A stretch of DNA of 64,000 nt from positions 11,091-75,090 of the forward strand of contig NIVC01001513.1 in the NCBI GenBank assembly GCA_002269645.1, in the 5' to 3' direction. Position 1 is the first letter of the stretch, and each line of letters begins with the position of its first letter. This document shows positions 57,297 through 64,000 of this stretch, piece by piece. The DNA comes from Macrostomum lignano. Lineage: Eukaryota. A program made the position numbers and the translations under genes. The notes below the pieces were generated by a model. The model was given only the letters and a program-made list of their open reading frames with translations. It did no database searches and was not told where the DNA came from.

Positions 57297-57954
57297 AATT
57301 CTGACAGCTTGCTTTATATAGCTTCATCTTACCACTTCTAGTAGGCTAGTTGTAAAAATCCTCCAAGAAATGTACAAAGGCGACAAAAAAAGTAGAATCC
57401 GTGAATAGTAACCACGTGCGATGGCCGCATAAACGAGCTCTTAACATGGAGCTGGAAGTATTAAAATCACTTCTCCATAGTTGATAAGGAGCACTGATTA
57501 AAAAATTCGCTATTTAACGCAATAATTCTTTGAAATACGTGCGATGGTCAAAATGTGCGCTTGTACCCCAAACTCGGTACTTTAGCGGCATCGATCAACT
57601 TATCCTCATGAGTAGAGATTTCTAAAGAGAACCATTTTTCCACGTCGTTTTTGCGGAGGACCCAACCCATTCCCACGACTGGTCTTTATTTTCTCCCCTC
57701 TCGCTCTACGTCCCCACCTTTCCCCGCTCTCCCTCCCCTCCTTTCTCGCTCTCTCACATGTTTCCCTCTGTCAGTTTGTTTCTCAAAGTTTCAATGGAAA
57801 CATTAGCAGGCCCCAAGACAATAGACTTTCCTACTAAAGCAGAGTTTGACTGCATCGGGTCTGCGCTACTTCCCCAGTTTGTTGAGATTCTCAAGCTCAC
57901 AGCCTCTCACTCAGTGCTGCCTTCTCATTCCTACTTACTGGACGGCCTTCCAAA

Positions 57955-59407
57955 ATGTCTTTATCGAGCATTGCCGTCATCGTGGCCATCTGGAGCTCTC
58001 GAGCTGCCGGTGAGACCTTCGTCTTCGACAAGAGGCCGGACCTGTGCTTCGCGGAGGCGGACCCGGCTGCTGGCCACCAGCGCAAAGTGCTCGGAGTTGT
58101 TGACTCTCGAGTGTGCGCGGTTGAGTGCGCGGTCAACACCAGCATGTGCTCCGTCTACCAATACCTGCCTGGCAACAAATCCTGCGTCCTTGGCAACAGC
58201 TGCGACCTGCTGCTGAAGTGGCAGAGCACTGGCGGGCCAGCGTGCGACACGCAGACGCTTCGAGATCGGGCAGCGTGCGCGTCCACGAGCGACACTGCAG
58301 CCACAACTGCAGCCTCGACTGGAGCAGTTGCTACTACAACTACAACACCAACTACAACTACAACTACAACTACTACTACAACTACAACACCAACTACAAC
58401 TACAACTACAACTACAACACCAACTACAACTACAATACCAACTACAACTACAACACCAACTACAACTACAACCCAAACAACAACCACTGCACAAACCGCA
58501 TTTCATGGTAAGTTGAGCATGAGATCTTCCGATCTAAATGCCGGGTCATGGGTGCCATTAGCGAACACTGTATCAGATTATAGCAATACAACACATGGAA
58601 CTTCTTCCAGCTCCTCCGTCGGACTCGAGCAACCAAACTGGATCGGTGCAGACTTTCACTCCGCCGACCGACGGCTGCTATCAAATCTCGGCTTGGGGCG
58701 CCAGAGGCGGCAAGTCATCCGCTAACGCGAACGGCGGCAGAGGCGCATTCAAGAGCGCCAATTTCATGCTGACCACGTCGCAAACTCTCACGCTTGTTGT
58801 TGGCAAGCCGGGAAACAGCGGCAGCAGCGGTGGAGGAGGCGGAGGAGGAGGCAGCTTTGTGTACACAACCGGCCCCAACACGCTGCTGCTGGCGGCCGGT
58901 GGCGGAGGAGGCGGCGGCGCCGAGTCTTCCTCGTCGATCGGTAAGGACGGAACAAGCAGCACCGGAGGCTCTTGCGGCACATCCGACGGACAAGGCGGTG
59001 ACGGAGACAGCAACGATAACTCTGGCGCGGGCGGAGCTGGCTGGAGCTCAGATGGAACAGCTCAAGCCACTGGCAATGGCGGAGGCCACGGTGGAAGAGG
59101 CATCGGCGGCAGCTGGGCCGGCGGCAACGCGGGAACGGGCAGCAACGGCTTCGGCGGCTACGGCGGAGGTGGCGGAGGCGGCAACAACGATGGAGTCCCT
59201 CCTGACGGCCGCGGTGGAGGCGGCGGTGGAGGAGGCGGCTTCTCTGGCGGTTGCGGAGGATCCGGCGACAGCGATGACGGCTACGGAGGCGGCGGTGGCA
59301 GCTACGCGAGCTCATCCGGCAAGCAGGCCACGGGAGCGACAGGCGGCAACGGTGAAGTCTTCGGCAAGGTGAACATCGCTCAGGTGGTCGCCTCTCTGTG
59401 CAGTTAA
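57955..59407 (+). CDS. Copy 4 (exons 57955-58507, 58611-59407; 449 aa)
   Basis: Same structure as copy 1; GTAAGT donor at 58508, acceptor ending 58610, intron 103 nt; VPPDGR insertion in the Gly-rich region. Confidence 0.88.
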
Positions 59408-59824
59408 CATGAGCAGTCAGTCTTTTCTCATCGACATTATGCAGGCCAGATTATACTTACTGTACTTACTTTTTAAAGCTATTTAAACTTATTTAAACAT
59501 GCTTACTTTCTCTATCGCAGCTACAGTAGTGCAGTTTCTATTGAAGATTCCTTTAGATTGCATATTAATGCATACATGTACTGTAGCTATGAAGTAGTAT
59601 GCTCAGTAAAAATTTTTCTGTTCCTAATTGAACAAATATTGCCTCGTACAAGGAACTCCCGAATTTTTAAAGTTTTTTATCTCTGTCGTATTTATTTGTA
59701 ATTAATTTTCTTCGCTTTTAAGCCTTAAATCTATACAACATATACAATAAGTTTAGATTGAAATAATAAAACAACTCTATTTGACACAGCTCCTTAAGTT
59801 ACGTCATTTCTGGCTATTTAGTTA

Positions 59825-60150
59825 TTGTGAACTTTGTGCATTGTGAAGTTTGGATATTGTGGGTCTTGGATATTTGTGAAGTTTGGTGGTTGTGAAGTTT
59901 GGATATTGTGAGTCTTGGATATTTGTGAAGTTTGGGGATTGTGAAGTTTGGATATTGTGGGTCTTGGATATTTGTGAAGTTTGGGGATTGTGAAGTTTGG
60001 ATATTGTGGTCTTGGATATTTGTGAAGTTTGGGGTTGTGAAGTTTGGATATTGTGAGTCTTGGATATTTGTGAAGTTTGGGGATTGTGAAGCTCGGATAT
60101 TGTGAAGTTTGGGGATTGTGAAGCTCGGATATTGTGAAGTTTGGGGATTG
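59825..60150. repeat. TGTGAAGTTTGGATAT-based compound minisatellite
   Basis: Direct observation. Confidence 0.9.
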
Positions 60151-60607
60151 TAGCTGCGCACTGCCCCACCTGGAAGACAAGCAAGATGAACTTCTTCCAC
60201 CCTAGTCAGATCCTCATGCGCACTGCGAATTCACAGTCTCAATCGGTCGCACACGAAGCGCAGAAACTCTTAACTTCTCGATCGTTACATGTAGCTCTTT
60301 TAAATTGTCTGTCTAGTTGCCAAGGCCGTCTCTCTTGTTGGTCTTTGCATTGTCACCTTCGCCGTCCCAGACACTGCATGGAAGTCTTCCTTGCCTTGCG
60401 CCTCTGCACTTCATTTACTCATATAGAAGTGTACTACTAGTGTGTATGCATCTGCTGACGTGTGCTCCTAACACGTGATGAATTGCTTCCCATGGCCTTG
60501 CCGCAGCCTCCGCAAGGCCACTTTACCTACTCTTCTCTCTTAGTCTTTGCTGGTTCGATAGTTTCTTTTTGCAGTTGATCGCCCTGGTTCTGCCAGCCTA
60601 GCTTGGC

Positions 60608-62513
60608 CACAGCTATCCTGAAGACCAGTTAAGTGACAAAAAAATTGCCCAAAAGACGGGTTGTGTTTTCAAAAACAATGCACCACTAGAAGTTTTTATA
60701 TAAATTTTCAAAATGATTTTGCGAGATATTTTTATTTTATTGCATGTTTTTACTTTTACAATGATTTCTGTGCTGAAATTATAGTATCTGTGGTCTGGTA
60801 GTTGAGGGTTACTTGTATAATGTATTGCATACGTATAATTTTTGATCAAACATATCAATACATAAATTAGTAAACTTCATTAAATGAAAAATGGTGAATA
60901 ATATTAGACTGGGAAGGATGCAGCAACAGAGATGAGACACGTTGTATACTGCAAGGACCCGGAGGGACTCATTGATAGCCTTCTGTACCACTGCTGCATT
61001 GAAGAAGAAAACTTTGAAGTTAAAATTGGCATAGATGGAGGAGGCAACTTCTTGAAGGTCTGTCTCACTATTGTGCAAATTGGAGCAGAGCAACAACCTA
61101 AAACAAAAACAAGCTATTCTGTTGCCGCATGCAGTTCTCGTTTCTGTGATAGTGGAGTGAAAAAAACTGCTGATCCTTGCAATTGTCGAAGATGTTCGAG
61201 AGTCCTACTTCAACATCAAGGCTGTCCTGGACCTTCTGAGACTGCAACAGGTACGCTTCAGTCTTGCTGTTGACATGAAGATGGCTAACACACTACTTGG
61301 CCTCCAGTGTGCCAGCAGCAGTCACCCCTGTCCATGGTGCGAGTTGAACTGCAAAGAATTCTGTAGCATGCATCATGAAGTTCCCTTGCGGTCATTTGGC
61401 AGCATAAGACAGAATGCTAATAGCTACCAAGAGCTGGTGCAGCAGACAAGTAGCACAAGGCACTCGGCTGCCAGGTTCAAGAATTGTGTTAGAATGCCGC
61501 TGCTTGATTTTCCAGACAAGACTTTGGTGATCAACGTTGTGCCTCCAATGGAGTTGCACTTGATGCTAGGTATTGTCAATCGGCTGTTCAAGGAGCTTGA
61601 TTCTCAATTACAGTCAATCTCCAACTGTACAATACGAGCACAGGACTTTGCTAATCGTTTAAACATCTGGCAGGCACCATATCAAGGTGGGCAGTTTACT
61701 GGCAACCACTGCAGCAAGCTGCTAAACAGTGTCGACTCACTTGAGCAAATGCTGCAAGACTGCGGTGCCATAGCAGCCATGCCTATTGTACAAGCCCTTC
61801 GCACCTTTCGTGAAGTCTGTAGGACTTGTTTTGGACTGGTGCTTCTAGACGGCTACGATGCAGCAATAAAGGCATTTGCTGCGGCCTACAAGGATGTTGG
61901 CATTCCTGTCAGCCCTAAAGTCCATGCTGTCTTTGAGCATGTTGCTCTATTTCTTCGCAACCAGCCGCAAATGCCTGGATCAGCTCTGCATGGCCTTGGA
62001 TTCTGGTCGGAGCAGGCAAGTGAGGCTGTGCATGCGGACTTCAGTCGCCTCTGGGACAGCAGCTACAAAGTGGCGAAACGAGTGCACAGTACAGCAAGCA
62101 GCTGCTGAAATGCACAATTGTGTACAACTCACGGCACCAGTAAACAAGTTGCTTTTAGTTGATAACTATTTTTAAAGGTAAAGGTGATTTTCTATCAAAA
62201 TGTTATTGAAAGTCTAATATTATTCACCATTTTTCATTTAATGAAGTTTACTAATTTATGTATTGATATGTTTGATCAAAAATTATACGTATGCTATACA
62301 TTATACAAGTAACCCTTAACTACCAGACCACAGATGCTATAATTTCAGCACAGAAATCATTGTAAAAGTAAAAACATGCAATAAAATAAAAATATCTCGC
62401 AAAATCATTTTGAAAATTTATATAGAAAACTTCTAGTGGTGCATTGTTTTTGAAACACAACCCGTTTTTTGGGCAATTTTTTTGTCACTTAACTGGTCTT
62501 CAAGATAGCTGTG
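60608..62513 (+). mobile_element. Chapaev/Transib(RAG1)-type DDE DNA transposon with 303-bp TIRs and 4-bp TSD TGGC
   Basis: TIRs at 60608-60910 and 62211-62513, both starting CACAGCTATC. TGGC at 60604-60607 and 62514-62517. Transposase motifs inside. Confidence 0.88.
60932..62143 (+). pseudogene. Transposase catalytic core of that element, with two frameshifts (A7 run at 61160-61166 and near 62075)
   Basis: KIGIDGGG (D1), LAVDMKM (D2), HPCPWC, PMELHLMLG, PKVHAVFEH, GLGFWSEQASEAVH (E); final frame ends YSKQLLKCTIVYNSRHQ*. Confidence 0.8.
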
Positions 62514-63429
62514 TGGCCCTTTCGTTCCATTGTTGCTTTGCATTGAGTGGCAGTGGCGGTTGGTTGCTCCCAATTCCTCTTGGCCAGGTTGTCTCGGGTT
62601 CCTCCCTACTTCCTATTCCACTTGCTCACAGGGCTGAGCAGGGGCCACGACCTCTTAGAGTCGCTTAGTTAGGGATGATTCTTACACGCTACCTGTGTCC
62701 TTTCATAGGTACCACAGCAACTGGAATCCGCAGATGAAACTGCTGCAATGCTTAGTAGCAGTAAGTCCCTAGTATCTGTGGTAGGTATGAGTACCCTGAG
62801 TAGCCTTTCCTCCACTTGTGGTCTTTTGAGCACAGTCAACAGGACCCTGGTGTCTATTGCCTAATTTACACGTCGCTTGTATATGCCACACAACCTGTGA
62901 CATGCAATCTTATGAAGCAAATATTTAAAATTAATAAAAAACTCAAGCTTAAAATTCATACTTGCAGGTTAATTAACAGGTAATTAACCGGTAATCCTTA
63001 CATTGTATCTCAACAAGTGAACTGGCTAACAAGAAGCAAAAAAATGCCAGAGAGGACTACACTATAATAAGAAAAAATTAGAAAACACTAATGCCTAAAT
63101 TGCAATCGTGAACCAAATTAGAAGCTAATCATTGGCACGAAGAAGAGTGTATAGAGTATTTTCAGCAACAGTATTTTACTAATAGTAGTCAGTCTTGCAG
63201 TTTAACAGATATATTAAACACTTGGTTACAAAAACAGGTAAGTAGGGAAAGGCAAAGTCATAGAGAACTGTACACAGCAGACAGCAAAGTTTAGTAGAAG
63301 GAAAACAGTTCCAAGAAAACAATATAGCCGAATGATGATGTGATGTTCCACATCCTTACATTCCTTACATTCAGGAGCTGTGACAGCACTTCAATAAATC
63401 CCCATTCCAATCAACTCCCTCACTTCCCC

Positions 63430-64000
63430 ACTCTACCCAACCACTACCAGTCCATCCCGACTCTACTCAACCCTCTACCATTCCACCCCTCTACCATTCC
63501 ACCCACTCTACCATTCCCCCCACTCTACCATTCCCCCACTCTACCATTCCACCTCACTCTTACCAATCCACCCCACTCTACCATTCCACCCCCACTCTAC
63601 CATTCCCCCACCTCTACCATTCCACCCCCACTCTACCATTCACCCCCACTCTACCATTCCCCCCACTCTACCATTCCACCTCACTCTACCAATCACCCCC
63701 ACTCTACCATTCCACCCCCACTCTACCATTCCCCCACTCTACCATTCCACCCTCTACCATTCCACCCCCTCTACCATTCCCCCCACTCTACCATTCCACC
63801 TCACTCTACCATTCCACCCCACTCTACCATTCACCCCCTCTACCTTCCACCCCCACTCTACCATTCCACCCCACTCTACAATCCACCCCACTCTATCATT
63901 CCACCCCACTCTACCATTCCATACACCTACCATTCCACCCCATTCTACCATTTCACCACCCCCGGCCCCGATCTACCAACCACTCTGCCATTTCACCCAC
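63430..64000. repeat. Approx. 18-bp CCATTCCACCCCACTCTA minisatellite running off the window end
   Basis: Direct observation. Confidence 0.9.

Noticed and set aside
60140-60215. VHLACLPGGAVR resembling the SGNH/esterase ORF1 of CR1/L2 LINEs
   Set aside because: Too short, no GDS motif or other support, and it runs into a minisatellite.

Overview
Eukaryotic (metazoan) genomic DNA with GC-rich exons and introns packed with mini- and microsatellites. The style resembles the free-living flatworm Macrostomum; this is an inference, not a database result. (1) 2828-33187 (minus) is a 19-exon still life (sif)/TIAM-family Rac GEF: myristoylation-type N-terminus, EVH1/WH1, PH-CC-Ex, RBD, PDZ, DH-PH. All splice phases join into about 1983 aa once two single-base deletions in exon 2 are corrected. 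(2) 45.0-59.4 kb is a four-copy cluster of a two-exon gene for a predicted secreted protein: signal peptide, PAN/apple domain, Thr-rich stalk of variable length, and an ALK/LTK-type glycine-rich domain, with no transmembrane segment. Copy 2 is inverted and 5'-truncated, and the copies are sequence mosaics of one another. (3) Mobile DNA: a 5'-truncated RTE-type LINE with a 10-bp TSD, a tRNA-derived CORE-like SINE, a Penelope-like GIY-YIG fragment, a foldback-like element, and a 1.9-kb Chapaev/Transib(RAG1)-type DNA transposon with 303-bp TIRs starting CACAGCT and a 4-bp TSD. Most long ORFs in the supplied track are tandem-repeat artefacts. All alignments were done by eye and family assignments come from remembered motifs.
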